From Atopobium sp. UBA6362 (GTDB lineage Bacteria; Actinomycetota; Coriobacteriia; Coriobacteriales; Atopobiaceae), in the NCBI GenBank assembly GCA_002440065.1, contig DJRK01000007.1, positions 10,036-65,238 of the forward strand: a stretch of 55,203 nucleotides of DNA. Reading direction: 5' to 3'. The notes below the pieces were generated by a model. It had not been told where the DNA came from. It saw nothing but the letters and a program-made list of their open reading frames with translations, and searched no databases. Every line of letters begins with the position of its first letter. The stretch's first letter is position 1. Shown one piece after another: positions 1 to 9,004 of the stretch. The translations under genes were made by a program, and so were the position numbers.

Positions 1-447
1 CTTCTCGGGCAGCGGGCGCAGGGACTTGGAGAGGATCTCCAGGTGCGTGGGCGCGATTGAGAGCTGGCCGCGCTTGGTGCGGATGACGGCGCCCGTGGCA
101 CCGATCACGTCGCCGAGGTCGAGCTGCGAGAGGAGCGCCCACTCGTCCTCGGGCAGGTCGTTCACGCGGCAAAAGAGCTGGATGGAGCCGGAGACGTCCT
201 CGAGCACGATGAAGGCGATCTTGCCCTGCTTGCGGAAGGCGCGGATGCGGCCGGCGAGCGAGTAGACGTCCTCGGTCACGTCGCCGTCGGCGAGGCCGGC
301 GTAGCGCTCCTCGAGCTCGGCGGCGTGGGCGGTGACGGTGGCCTTGATCGGGTACGGGTTCACGCCCGCGTCGATGAGCGCCTGACGGCGCAGGCGGCGC
401 TGGGCGCGCTCGTCGTTGGTGGGTACTGCGGCGGTTTGGTCGGCCAT
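1..447 (-). CDS. lysS: Lysine--tRNA ligase, N-terminal part (runs off window start)
   Basis: Manual translation MADQTAAV...GVNPYP...LAGRIRAFRKQGKIAFIVLEDVSGSIQLF...LDLGDVIGATG...TKRGQLSI...LSKSLRPLPEK is the class II LysRS anticodon-binding domain; lies downstream of greA. Confidence 0.96.
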   Translation of the reverse strand, partial: MADQTAAVPTNDERAQRRLRRQALIDAGVNPYPIKATVTAHAAELEERYAGLADGDVTEDVYSLAGRIRAFRKQGKIAFIVLEDVSGSIQLFCRVNDLPEDEWALLSQLDLGDVIGATGAVIRTKRGQLSIAPTHLEILSKSLRPLPEK

Positions 448-496
448 TCTCGGCTCCTGGTTCCTCTTGCTAGTTGACGGTGCTTGGGGCTTGGAA

Positions 497-538
497 GAAA
501 AACGCCCCACAGCTGCACGGGCGCAGTCGCGGGGCGTT
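497..538 (-). terminator. Probable intrinsic terminator/hairpin after greA
   Basis: AACGCCCC...GGGGCGTT stem followed by a T-run on the minus strand. Confidence 0.5.
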
Positions 539-574
539 CGCTCTTGCTTGGATTGCTTGGACTCGCAAGTACGC

Positions 575-1051
575 TTAGCGGGTGATCCCCGTGATGGTGT
601 ACGAGCGGGATTTGCCGGACGGCGAGGTCACCTCGACCGTGTCGCCCTTCTTGTGGCCGATGAGGGCGGCGCCCACGGGGGACTCGTTGGAGATCTTGTG
701 CTCCAGGGAGTTCGTCTCGGTGGTGCCCACGATGGTGAAGCTCGTCACCTTGCCCTTGGCGTCCTCGAGGTCGACGGTCGTGCCGATGGACACGGCCAGG
801 TCGCGGGTAGAGCCGGCGGCGGCGACGGTCGCGGTCGCGAGGATCTGGCGGATCTCGTTGATGCGGGACTCGTTGTGCGACTGCTCCTCCTTGGCGGCGT
901 CGTACTCGGAGTTCTCGGAGAGGTCGCCGAAGCCGCGCGCCTCCTTGATGCGCTCAACGATCTCGTCGTGCTTCTCGCCCTCGCGGTAAGCGAGCTCCTC
1001 GACGAGCTTCTGGCGTCCCTCGGGGGTGAGGACAATGTTCTTTGCGTCCAT
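575..1051 (-). CDS. greA: Transcription elongation factor GreA
   Basis: LTPEG, EARGFGDLSENSEYDAAKEEQ and ISNESPVGAALIG motifs. Confidence 0.97.
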   Translation of the reverse strand: MDAKNIVLTPEGRQKLVEELAYREGEKHDEIVERIKEARGFGDLSENSEYDAAKEEQSHNESRINEIRQILATATVAAAGSTRDLAVSIGTTVDLEDAKGKVTSFTIVGTTETNSLEHKISNESPVGAALIGHKKGDTVEVTSPSGKSRSYTITGITR

Positions 1052-1112
1052 GCTCTGCTCTCTTCTCGGTGCTTAAATGCCTTGGCGGTGCGTGCGTTGC
1101 GAAGAAGCCCGA

Positions 1113-1442
1113 TTAGAGCTTCTCGCCGCACTTGCTGCAGAAGGCGTTGCCGGCGGGGTTCTTGGCGCCGCAGTGGCCGCAGAACTTCGCGCCGTCCTCG
1201 GAGGCCTCGTCGGCATCGGCGTCGTCCTCGTCCTCGACGACCTCGACGGCGTCGTCGGACTCGGGCTTGGCCTCGGACTTGGCGGGCTTGGAATCGTCGT
1301 CGTCGCCCTCCATGCCCTCGCGCACGTTCTTCACGGTCTTGCCCAGGGCGGAACCGATCTTGGGCAGGTTCTTGGGCCCAAAGATGACCAAGACGACGAC
1401 CAGGATGATGATGAGCTCCATGGGACCCATGCCGAGAATCAT
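1113..1442 (-). CDS. tatA: Twin-arginine translocase TatA/E subunit with C-terminal zinc ribbon
   Basis: MGPMELIIILVVVLVIFGPKNLPKIGSALGKTVKNVREG is the TatA TM plus amphipathic helix; acidic linker; C-terminal CGHC-x10-CSKC; RBS GGAGG upstream. Confidence 0.92.
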   Translation of the reverse strand: MILGMGPMELIIILVVVLVIFGPKNLPKIGSALGKTVKNVREGMEGDDDDSKPAKSEAKPESDDAVEVVEDEDDADADEASEDGAKFCGHCGAKNPAGNAFCSKCGEKL

Positions 1443-1592
1443 ATGATTTCCTCCGTTTGCTTGATGTGAAGCGGCGCGCAGGGATTGCGCACATGCATCG
1501 GTTAGTATAGCCGAGGTTCCCGCGCGGGCGCACTACTTTGCCGCAAGGAAACGCAAACCCATAGAATACCGCAAGACGCAAGGAGCTCGGAC

Positions 1593-2402
1593 GTGGACGC
1601 GAAGACTTTGATCATATGGGCGACCGTCGCCACCGTCGTCCTCACGGCGATCGTGGCGGCCCTCCCCTGGCTCCTGCGCCGGCGCGGCGTCGAGATGTGC
1701 CGGACGATGTTCGGGCTCACTTTGATCTTTGATTCCGCGAACGCCGACGGGACGCCCGTGCGCCTCATCAACGTGAACGGCACGTTCCAGTCGGTGAGCT
1801 ACGTGCCCGAGGACCTGCGATTCGAGCTCGCCTGCGAGTACCACCGCGAGATGGCGCGCGTCGTCGAGGAGCGCGCCGACGCCGCGGCCGGGCTCGGCAG
1901 GAGGCTCCGCGTGCTCGTGATGGGCGGGGGCGGCTGCTCGCTGCCCAAGTACCTTGCCGCCTACGTGCCGAACGCCCAGGTAGAGGTCGTGGAGATCGAT
2001 CCGGCCATGGTCCGCATCGCCCGCGAGAGGTTCTTCTTGGACGAGTGCCTCCAGAAGACCGGGGCCGAGAAGGACGGGCGCTTCCAGATCGTGGTGGGCG
2101 ACGCCTGGGCGCGCCTCAAGGACGCGAAGGAGCCCTACGACGTCATCGTGAACGAGGCCTTTGGCGGGAAGCGGCCGCTCGGGCCCATGGAGACCGAGGA
2201 GGGCGCCCGCGTGGTGCGCGCCCACCTGGCGCGCGGCGGCGTGTACCTCGCCGACGTCCGCTGCGCCATGCAGGGCCGCAAGTCCGCGCCGCTGCGCGAG
2301 GTCGAGGCCGCCTTCGGGCGCGAGTTCTCGCATTGCCGCACCGTCCCCGAGTGGCCCGACGAGCCGGAGAAGCCCGGCAACAACGTCTTCATCGCGGAGT
2401 AG
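1593..2402 (+). CDS. Spermidine-synthase-like SAM-dependent methyltransferase with N-terminal membrane anchor
   Basis: VLVMGGGGCSLPKYL, VEVVEIDP, VVGDAW and YDVIVNEAF Rossmann motifs; GTG start after AGGAG. Confidence 0.8.
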   Translation: MDAKTLIIWATVATVVLTAIVAALPWLLRRRGVEMCRTMFGLTLIFDSANADGTPVRLINVNGTFQSVSYVPEDLRFELACEYHREMARVVEERADAAAGLGRRLRVLVMGGGGCSLPKYLAAYVPNAQVEVVEIDPAMVRIARERFFLDECLQKTGAEKDGRFQIVVGDAWARLKDAKEPYDVIVNEAFGGKRPLGPMETEEGARVVRAHLARGGVYLADVRCAMQGRKSAPLREVEAAFGREFSHCRTVPEWPDEPEKPGNNVFIAE

Positions 2403-2462
2403 CGCCGCGGGGCCGGCCGGCGGCTCGCGCGCGCCGGGGCCCATCGCGCCGGGCCCTGACCG

Positions 2463-3308
2463 TCAGAGATACGTGAGGAACGCCCGCACGGCCAGGCTGA
2501 GGTCGGCGTCCGGGCGCCGCACCGCGTAGAGCGTCCGGTACGCCGGGCACTCGAGGTGAAGGACGTCCAGGTCGAACGGGGTTCTCGCCAAGGCGAGGCT
2601 CGGCAGGAGGCTGATTCCCAGGCCCGCGTCGACCATGGCGAGGATGGCCGTGATGTCCGAGGTCTCGCAGTGGATGCAGGGGTTCTTGAGCTCGCGCTGG
2701 AGCAGGGGCGCCGTCTCGGTGTCCGCGATGAAGCGCTCGCCGAGAAGCGCCTCCACGGCTACGCCCCCGTCCGCGTGCGGGAAGTGCCCGCGCGGGGCGA
2801 CGACCACGATCTCGTCCTTGTCGAACAGCGTGGAGACGAAGCCCTCGGCCTCGAGGCTCGCGGGGATGAACGCGAGCTCGACCTGGCGCTCGCGCAGCTG
2901 GCGCTCGGCCTCGCCGTACGTGCACTCCCCTATGTTCACCTCGACCTTGGGGTGGTCCGCCACGAAGCGCCCGAGCGGCCCGGGCAGCCGCATCGCCACG
3001 ACGCTCGTGGGCGCGGCGATGCCTACCCGCCCGTCCTCGAGCGAGTGGAGGCTCCCCACGTGCCGCTCGAGCCGGGCATAGGCGTCGCAGACCGCCCCGG
3101 CGTCGCCGAGGAGCCGCTCGCCGTCGGGCGTGAGCGTGAGCGACGGCCCGCGCCGCTCGAAGAGCGAGACGCCCCAATCGGACTCGAGGCTGCTCACGGC
3201 ACGGCTCACGGTGGACTGCGCCACGCCGAGCTCCTCGCACGCCGCCGAGAGCCGCCCCAGGCGGGCGGCCGCCACAAACGCCTGGATCTTGTGGACGTTC
3301 GAGTCCAT
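2463..3308 (-). CDS. LysR-family transcriptional regulator
   Basis: Start MDSNVHKIQAFV; HTH LSAACEELGVAQSTVSRAVSSLESDWGVSLFER; C-terminal MVDAGLGISLLP. Confidence 0.93.
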   Translation of the reverse strand: MDSNVHKIQAFVAAARLGRLSAACEELGVAQSTVSRAVSSLESDWGVSLFERRGPSLTLTPDGERLLGDAGAVCDAYARLERHVGSLHSLEDGRVGIAAPTSVVAMRLPGPLGRFVADHPKVEVNIGECTYGEAERQLRERQVELAFIPASLEAEGFVSTLFDKDEIVVVAPRGHFPHADGGVAVEALLGERFIADTETAPLLQRELKNPCIHCETSDITAILAMVDAGLGISLLPSLALARTPFDLDVLHLECPAYRTLYAVRRPDADLSLAVRAFLTYL

Positions 3309-3414
3309 GGCACCTTCCCGCGCAAAAAGAGGGGCGCGCAGCCCCGGGCCGTTACACGGCCCAAGGTTACGCGTCCCCGGAGCAAGGGGCTCGGACTCTT
3401 CCGCGAGCGCACTC

Positions 3415-3437
3415 AATTTGGGGTCGGACCCCAAATT
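3415..3437. repeat. 23-bp REP-like palindrome, singlet
   Basis: AATTTGGGGTCGGACCCCAAATT: 11-bp perfect arms around 1 nt; overlaps the amidohydrolase stop codon. Confidence 0.9.
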
Positions 3438-4683
3438 ACAGGGCGCCCCTGATGACCTTCTCGCCTTCCTTCATGATGACGTCCATGTTCTCGGGCGTGA
3501 GGTCGTGGATGTTCGCAGCGACGTCGCCCTTGACCACGAGAAGGTCGGCGAGCTTGCCGGCCTCGAGCGAGCCGAAGTCGTCCTCGTGGTGCACCATCTT
3601 GGCGCCGTTGAGCGTGGCGGCCCTGATCGTCTCGAGCACGGGGATGCCCGCCTTGTCCACGAAGTCGTACATCTCGTCGATCGTGACGTAGCCGTACGGG
3701 GTCACGAACGAGAAGGAGTCGGAGCCGATGGTGAGCGTGACGCCCAGCTCGTTCGCGCGGCGCAGGTTCGCGTAGGTGCGCTGCAGCTCGCGCTCGACCA
3801 CGGTGTCGCCGGGGAACTTGGCGTTGGCCTCGGACTCCTCGGGCGGGTAGGTGGCGTACCAGGTGGGCAAAAAGCCGATCGTGGGCGTGAAGAACGTGCC
3901 CTGCTCGGCCATGAGGTTCATGGTCTTGTCGTCCAGCTCGAAGCCGTGGATGAGCTGCTCGGCGCCAAAGCGCACGGAGTCGTAGGCGGCGCTCACGGAG
4001 TTGTAGGAGTGGCTCCACAGCGGGATGCCCGTGAGCTTGCACTCGTCGGCCACGGCCTTGATCTCCTCGGTGCTCATGAGCTGCCGGCGGCCGGAGTCCC
4101 AGCGCCAGATGCCGCCGCCCGTCGCCCAGATCTTGATGGCGTCGGGGTTCTCGCGCAGGCGCAGGCGCACGGCGTGGCGCAGCTCCCACGGGCCGTCCAC
4201 CTGGTCGCCCCAGGGGTGGGAGTCCTTGCTCACCTGCAGCGGGAGCTTGTGGGAGTCACCGTGGCCGGCCGTGCGGCAGAAGCCCAGGCCCGTGGCGAAG
4301 ATGCGCGGCCCCTTCATGACGCCCATGTTCACGAGGTCGCGGATGGCGATGCCGTTGCGGCCGATCTCGCACACGGTCGTGAGGCCGTGGGTGAGCGCGT
4401 CGTAGGACTGCTTCACGGCGCAGGCCTGCTTCTGGGCGGGAGTCTCGATGACCCAGTCGTTGTCGTCGTCGGTGAGGTTGCCCGAGAAGTGCAGGTGCGT
4501 GTCGATGAGGCCGGGCATCACGGTCTTGCCCGTGCAGTCCTCGACCTCGTAGCCGTCGGGGACCTCGGCCCGCGGGCCGGCATAGGTGATCTTCTTGTCG
4601 TCCACGAGGACGAGCGAGTCCTCCACGGGCGCGGCGCCGGTGCCGTCCACGAGCTTGCCGCCCACGAATGCGTAACGAGCCAT
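3436..4683 (-). CDS. Metal-dependent amidohydrolase (prolidase/carboxypeptidase-like subgroup)
   Basis: Start MARYAFVGG; MPGLIDTHLH, IKIWATGG, SH, IHG, IGSD and GSLEAGKLADL motifs. Confidence 0.9.
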   Translation of the reverse strand: MARYAFVGGKLVDGTGAAPVEDSLVLVDDKKITYAGPRAEVPDGYEVEDCTGKTVMPGLIDTHLHFSGNLTDDDNDWVIETPAQKQACAVKQSYDALTHGLTTVCEIGRNGIAIRDLVNMGVMKGPRIFATGLGFCRTAGHGDSHKLPLQVSKDSHPWGDQVDGPWELRHAVRLRLRENPDAIKIWATGGGIWRWDSGRRQLMSTEEIKAVADECKLTGIPLWSHSYNSVSAAYDSVRFGAEQLIHGFELDDKTMNLMAEQGTFFTPTIGFLPTWYATYPPEESEANAKFPGDTVVERELQRTYANLRRANELGVTLTIGSDSFSFVTPYGYVTIDEMYDFVDKAGIPVLETIRAATLNGAKMVHHEDDFGSLEAGKLADLLVVKGDVAANIHDLTPENMDVIMKEGEKVIRGAL

Positions 4684-4739
4684 AACGAATCCTCCAGTTC
4701 CACTTGGTTGGCGAGGCCCCGTCGTGCGACGGGCCCGCG

Positions 4740-6203
4740 TCAACGCTCCTGAGCGGGCGAGACGGTCTTCTCGCCGCGCTTCTTTCCAAAGAGGGCCAGG
4801 ATCGCGAAGCCCACGGCCACCCACGCGACGGTGATGGCCCACTCGACGCCCGAGAGGGCGGCGGGCGAGAAGGGCACGACCATGAGCGCAATGATGATCA
4901 GGCCGGCGGCGATGGCGCACCCGATGCCCAGCCGGCCGCCGTTAACCTTGTAGGGTCGCGGCAGGTCCGGCTCGATGCGGCGGAGCTTCCAGCACGCGAA
5001 CCCGGCCATGGTGCAGGCGAAGATGAACCCGAGCGACGCCACGTTCGTGAGGGGCACGAGCATGTTGCGGCCGAGGAACGGGCCCACGAGGGTGAGCACG
5101 CTCATGACCACGACGGCCTTGCGCGGCACGCCGGACTTGGGGTCGATCTGCGCGAAGCTCTCGGGCAGCATGTCCTTGCGGCCCATGGCGAGCATGAGGC
5201 GGCTCGACGCGCCAAAGAACGAGTTCATAGGGCCGAGAGGCCCGAGCGTGGCGATGACGAGCATCGCGATGTAGAAGAAGACGTTGATGCGCTCGAGGAC
5301 GGCGAGGGCCGGGACGGAGCTGCGCACGAACTCGTGCCAGTCCACGATCGTGCCGAAGCTGTAGATGCACACGAGGTAGAACACGCCGGAGGCAAGAAGC
5401 GCGATGGCGGGGATAAGGCCGAACTTCTTCCAGTCGATGTTCTCGGAGGCCTCCTCGGCCTGCTGCGGGATGGTGTCGAAGCCGGCATAGAAGAACGGCG
5501 TCATGACGAGCACGGCGACGATGCCGCCCAGAAGGCTCGTCGCCTCGGTGGAGCTGCCGCCCGCGGCGTCCGTCGCCTGCGAGAACACGGGCATGGCGTT
5601 GCTGGGCGAGCCCGTCACGAAGCTGATGACCATGGCCAGGACCATGCCGGTGAGCAGCGCCTTCGTGAGGAAGCTCGAGAGCTTGGCCGCCGCGCCCGCA
5701 CCCCGCAGGTTCAGGAAGATGACGAGCGCCGCGAAGGCGAGCGCGATGAGGGTGGGCCACAGGTAGACGTCGGCGCCCAGGATGGTGTAGAGCTTCACGC
5801 TGCGGAGCCACGCGAGCGCCGGGAACTCGGCGAAGCGGTCCGTGAGCAGCGTGGATATGGCGATGGCCTCCCACGGGCACAGCGGCGCGTTGCCCAGGAG
5901 CAGCATCCAGCCGGTGAAGAACCCGAGCTTGCGCCCAAAGGTGCGGTCCACGTACTCGATGATGCCGCCCGAGATGGGGATGGCGGCCGTGAGCTCGCCG
6001 AAGCACATGCCGATGGGCACGAGGAACAGGGCGCCGATGGCGAAGGCGATCATGGCGGGCACGGGGCCGCCGCCCAGCACCATCCAGTCGCCCACGAGCA
6101 GCACCCACCCGGTACCGATGATCGCGCCGAAGCCGATGGTGAAGAAGTTGAAGAGCGTGAGCTCCTTCTTCATGCCGCCGGCCGGCGCCTCCTTCTGAGC
6201 CAT
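4740..6203 (-). CDS. APC-family amino acid permease
   Basis: Start MAQKEAP after AAGGAG; GFGAIIGTG, FFYAGFDTIPQQAEEA and PDLPRPYKV motifs; about 12 hydrophobic segments. Confidence 0.92.
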   Translation of the reverse strand: MAQKEAPAGGMKKELTLFNFFTIGFGAIIGTGWVLLVGDWMVLGGGPVPAMIAFAIGALFLVPIGMCFGELTAAIPISGGIIEYVDRTFGRKLGFFTGWMLLLGNAPLCPWEAIAISTLLTDRFAEFPALAWLRSVKLYTILGADVYLWPTLIALAFAALVIFLNLRGAGAAAKLSSFLTKALLTGMVLAMVISFVTGSPSNAMPVFSQATDAAGGSSTEATSLLGGIVAVLVMTPFFYAGFDTIPQQAEEASENIDWKKFGLIPAIALLASGVFYLVCIYSFGTIVDWHEFVRSSVPALAVLERINVFFYIAMLVIATLGPLGPMNSFFGASSRLMLAMGRKDMLPESFAQIDPKSGVPRKAVVVMSVLTLVGPFLGRNMLVPLTNVASLGFIFACTMAGFACWKLRRIEPDLPRPYKVNGGRLGIGCAIAAGLIIIALMVVPFSPAALSGVEWAITVAWVAVGFAILALFGKKRGEKTVSPAQER

Positions 6204-6452
6204 GTCCAGCTCCTTTCCGCGGGGTTTTCTGCGGTGGTTAACTGGATTGTGGCCCGCGGCCCGGCGAAGGTCACGCAAGCGGCGCCGGCCCGCCCGCGAG
6301 CGGTCGAAGGCGCGGCGAGAAAGGCGCGAGTTAGGCGCGGATAACATAGAGTTTCTCGACGCTCAGCGTGCGGAATCCGCATAATCGCAGGTCAGCGAAG
6401 CGGCTGCCAAGCCCTACCGTGCGGGCGCGCACAAATCGAGAGCCTGTGCTTC

Positions 6453-6483
6453 TTGACTTGGAGCGCGCTCGAAGTGCGAGAAT
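6453..6483 (+). promoter_or_regulatory. MerR-type (NmlR/AdhR-like) promoter with 19-bp spacer
   Basis: -35 TTGACT (6453-6458), 19-nt spacer, -10 GAGAAT (6478-6483); dyad ACTTGGAGCG/CGCTCGAAGT (6456-6475, 9 of 10 paired). Confidence 0.75.
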
Positions 6484-6547
6484 GGGAGCGTCGCCGCCTC
6501 TGAGGGGAGGCGCGGCGACGAGCCATCCCAAGCGAGAGGAGACGTGC

Positions 6548-7732
6548 ATGGAGCCGTCGAAGGTCTATTTCTGCGATCTGCACACGCATATGGGCGACGG
6601 GCTGCCCAACAAGCTCAAGCGCCTCATAAAGAAGGCCGGCATCGGGCAGATCGACTTCCAGAACAAGTTCGTCGCCATCAAGATGCACCTGGGCGAGCCG
6701 GGCAACCTCAGCTTCCTGCGCCCCAACTACGCGCGCGCCGTCGTGGACGTGGTCCGCGAGCTGGGCGGCAAGCCCTTCATCACCGACTGCAACACGCTGT
6801 ACGTGGGCGGGCGCAAGAACGCGCTCGACCACCTGGACAGCGCCTACGCGAACGGCTTCAACCCGTTCCAGACCGGCTGCCACACAATCATCGCCGACGG
6901 CCTGAAGGGCCTCGACGAGGTCGAGGTGCCCGTCGCGGGCGGCGAGTACGTGAAGAACGCGAAGATCGGCCGCGCGCTCATGGACGCCGACATCGTGATC
7001 AGCCTCACGCACTTCAAGGGCCACGAGGGCGCGGGCTTCGGCGGCGCCATGAAGAACCTGGGCATGGGCTGCGGCTCGCGCGCGGGCAAGATGGAGCAGC
7101 ACGCGGCCGGCAAGCCCAGCGTCGACGCGAGCAAGTGCATCGGCTGCCGGCAGTGCGCAAAGATCTGCGCGCACGACGGCTTCAGCTTCGACGGGACGCG
7201 CGAGATGGAGCTGCCGAGCGGCAAGACCCGCGAGGTCCACGTGGCGCACATCGACCACGACAAATGCGTGGGCTGCGGGCGCTGCATCGCCGTGTGCAAC
7301 CAGGACGCCATCGCCGCCGACTACGGCGCCGCGGCCGAGGTCCTGAACTACAAGATCGCCGAGTACACCAAGGCCATCGTGGACGGCCGCCCGAGCTTCC
7401 ACATCAGCCTGGCCATCGACGTCTCGCCCAACTGCGACTGCCACGACGAGAACGACGTTCCCATCGTCGGCGACCTGGGCTTCTTCGCAAGCTTCGACCC
7501 GGTGGCGCTCGACCAGGCGTGCATCGACGCCGTCCAGGCCGCGCCGGCCCTTCCCAACACCGAGTACACCCGCATGCACGACAAGCTCGAGGACGCGGGC
7601 GAGCTCGACGAGGCCCACGCGCACGACAAGTTCTACATCACGCACCCCGACACCGACTGGCAGGCGTGCATCGAGCACGCCGAGAAGATCGGCCTCGGCA
7701 CCCACGAGTACGAGCTCATCAAGGTCAAGTAG
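6548..7732 (+). CDS. DUF362-domain protein with 2x[4Fe-4S] ferredoxin insert
   Basis: VAIKMHLGEPGN, LTHFKGHE.AGFGGAMKNLGMGC and SPNCDC; two CxxCxxCxxxC motifs (CIGCRQCAKIC, CVGCGRCIAVC). Confidence 0.88.
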   Translation: MEPSKVYFCDLHTHMGDGLPNKLKRLIKKAGIGQIDFQNKFVAIKMHLGEPGNLSFLRPNYARAVVDVVRELGGKPFITDCNTLYVGGRKNALDHLDSAYANGFNPFQTGCHTIIADGLKGLDEVEVPVAGGEYVKNAKIGRALMDADIVISLTHFKGHEGAGFGGAMKNLGMGCGSRAGKMEQHAAGKPSVDASKCIGCRQCAKICAHDGFSFDGTREMELPSGKTREVHVAHIDHDKCVGCGRCIAVCNQDAIAADYGAAAEVLNYKIAEYTKAIVDGRPSFHISLAIDVSPNCDCHDENDVPIVGDLGFFASFDPVALDQACIDAVQAAPALPNTEYTRMHDKLEDAGELDEAHAHDKFYITHPDTDWQACIEHAEKIGLGTHEYELIKVK

Positions 7733-7867
7733 GCAAGGCACCGGGCTCCGGTCGCCTTCCTCGAAGAATCGCGCGAGACAGTGCCCCGCGTCCGGCATCT
7801 GCACGGGCGCGGGGTGTTATCATTTCGACCAATTCACTCGATACGACCCAAAAGCTCGGTGTTTGCC

Positions 7868-8599
7868 ATGAGGAAAATCGTTTCCGTCGCCCTGCCCATC
7901 ATGCTCTCCTACGTCCCCCTGGGACTAGCGTGCGGCGTGCTCTCCAGCAAGGCCGACATCGACCCCGTCATGGGCTTCTTCATGAGCGTGACGCTCATCA
8001 CCGGCAGCGGGCAGTTCATGATCCCGAACCTCTGGCTCGCGGGGCTGCCCGCCCTGTCCATCGTCGCCTCGGTGGCCGCGGTGTCGCTCAGGTTCGCGCT
8101 CTACTCGGCCTCGCTCGCCCCTTACCTCAAGAAGGCCAGCAAACGCATGTCGCTCGCGCTCTCCTACACGCTCATCGAGGAGGCGTACGGGGTCACGCTC
8201 TCCAAGCTCTCCGGCGAGGACGACGGCTGGACGTTCCGCGACGCCCTTGGGCTCAACATCGTCACCATCCTGACCTGGGCTTTCTCGGTGGCCGCCGGCA
8301 GCGCGATCGGCGCGGTCGTCAGCATCCCCACGGCGCTCGCGAGCTTCGTCATGACGTCGCTGTTCATCTACCTGCTCTGGAGCCAGCTCACGAGCCGGAA
8401 CAACCTCGTGGCGGCCGGGTGCGCCGCGCTGTCCGTCGTGGTGCTCAAGCTCGCGGGCCTCTCGAGCGTGGCCGTGCCCGTCGCCGCCGTCCTGGGCGTC
8501 GCGGCGGCGTTCGCCGCGACGAGCCGGAACGGAGACGACGCCCGGGAAGCGGACGAGGCCGGCGACCTTGCCGCCGAGAAGGGCGGTGAGGCCGCATGA
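7868..8599 (+). CDS. azlC: AzlC-family branched-chain amino acid exporter subunit
   Basis: LPIMLSYVPLGLACG, TGSGQF, LRFALYSASL and LIEEAYG; overlaps the azlD start. Confidence 0.88.
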   Translation: MRKIVSVALPIMLSYVPLGLACGVLSSKADIDPVMGFFMSVTLITGSGQFMIPNLWLAGLPALSIVASVAAVSLRFALYSASLAPYLKKASKRMSLALSYTLIEEAYGVTLSKLSGEDDGWTFRDALGLNIVTILTWAFSVAAGSAIGAVVSIPTALASFVMTSLFIYLLWSQLTSRNNLVAAGCAALSVVVLKLAGLSSVAVPVAAVLGVAAAFAATSRNGDDAREADEAGDLAAEKGGEAA

Positions 8600-8919
8600 G
8601 CGCGCAGGACTTCCTCGTCATCTGGGCCTGCACGTTTGCCGTGATGCTCGCCTGCCGCATCATCCCCGCCTTCGCGCTGCGCGGCCGACCGCTGCCCCCG
8701 CGCGTCGTCGAGGGGCTCAACCTCATCCCGCCCGCGGCGTTCGCCGCCCTCGTGACGAACGACCTCTTCACGCCCGGCATGTTCGACGCGGGGATCTGGC
8801 CCGGCGCCGCGCCCATCGCGGCCGCCGGCATCGTCGTGCTCGTGGCGTGGAAGACGCGCTCCATGCTCTGGTGCTGCATCGCGGGCGTGGTCTCCTACGT
8901 CCTTCTCGCCCTCGTTTAA
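8596..8919 (+). CDS. azlD: AzlD-family exporter small subunit
   Basis: CRIIPAF...LPPRVVEGLNLIPPAAFAALV; ATGA overlap with azlC. Confidence 0.88.
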   Translation: MSAQDFLVIWACTFAVMLACRIIPAFALRGRPLPPRVVEGLNLIPPAAFAALVTNDLFTPGMFDAGIWPGAAPIAAAGIVVLVAWKTRSMLWCCIAGVVSYVLLALV

Positions 8920-8925
8920 ACGCCG

Positions 8926-8963
8926 GCGGGGCCGCCGATCCAAAGTCGGCGGCCCCGCTTCTT
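8926..8963 (+). terminator. Terminator hairpin between convergent azlD and SBP genes
   Basis: 13-bp perfect stem GCGGGGCCGCCGA/TCGGCGGCCCCGC followed by TTCTT. Confidence 0.75.
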
Positions 8964-9004
8964 ACGGCTCCAGGCAACAATGCTTTTTGGTCAGGAGCGA
9001 AACC

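Noticed and set aside
3309..3434. Recurring peptides MGSDPKL and IWGPTPN in the ORF track as a protein repeat
   Set aside because: They are translations of the intergenic 23-bp palindrome; real starts lie downstream
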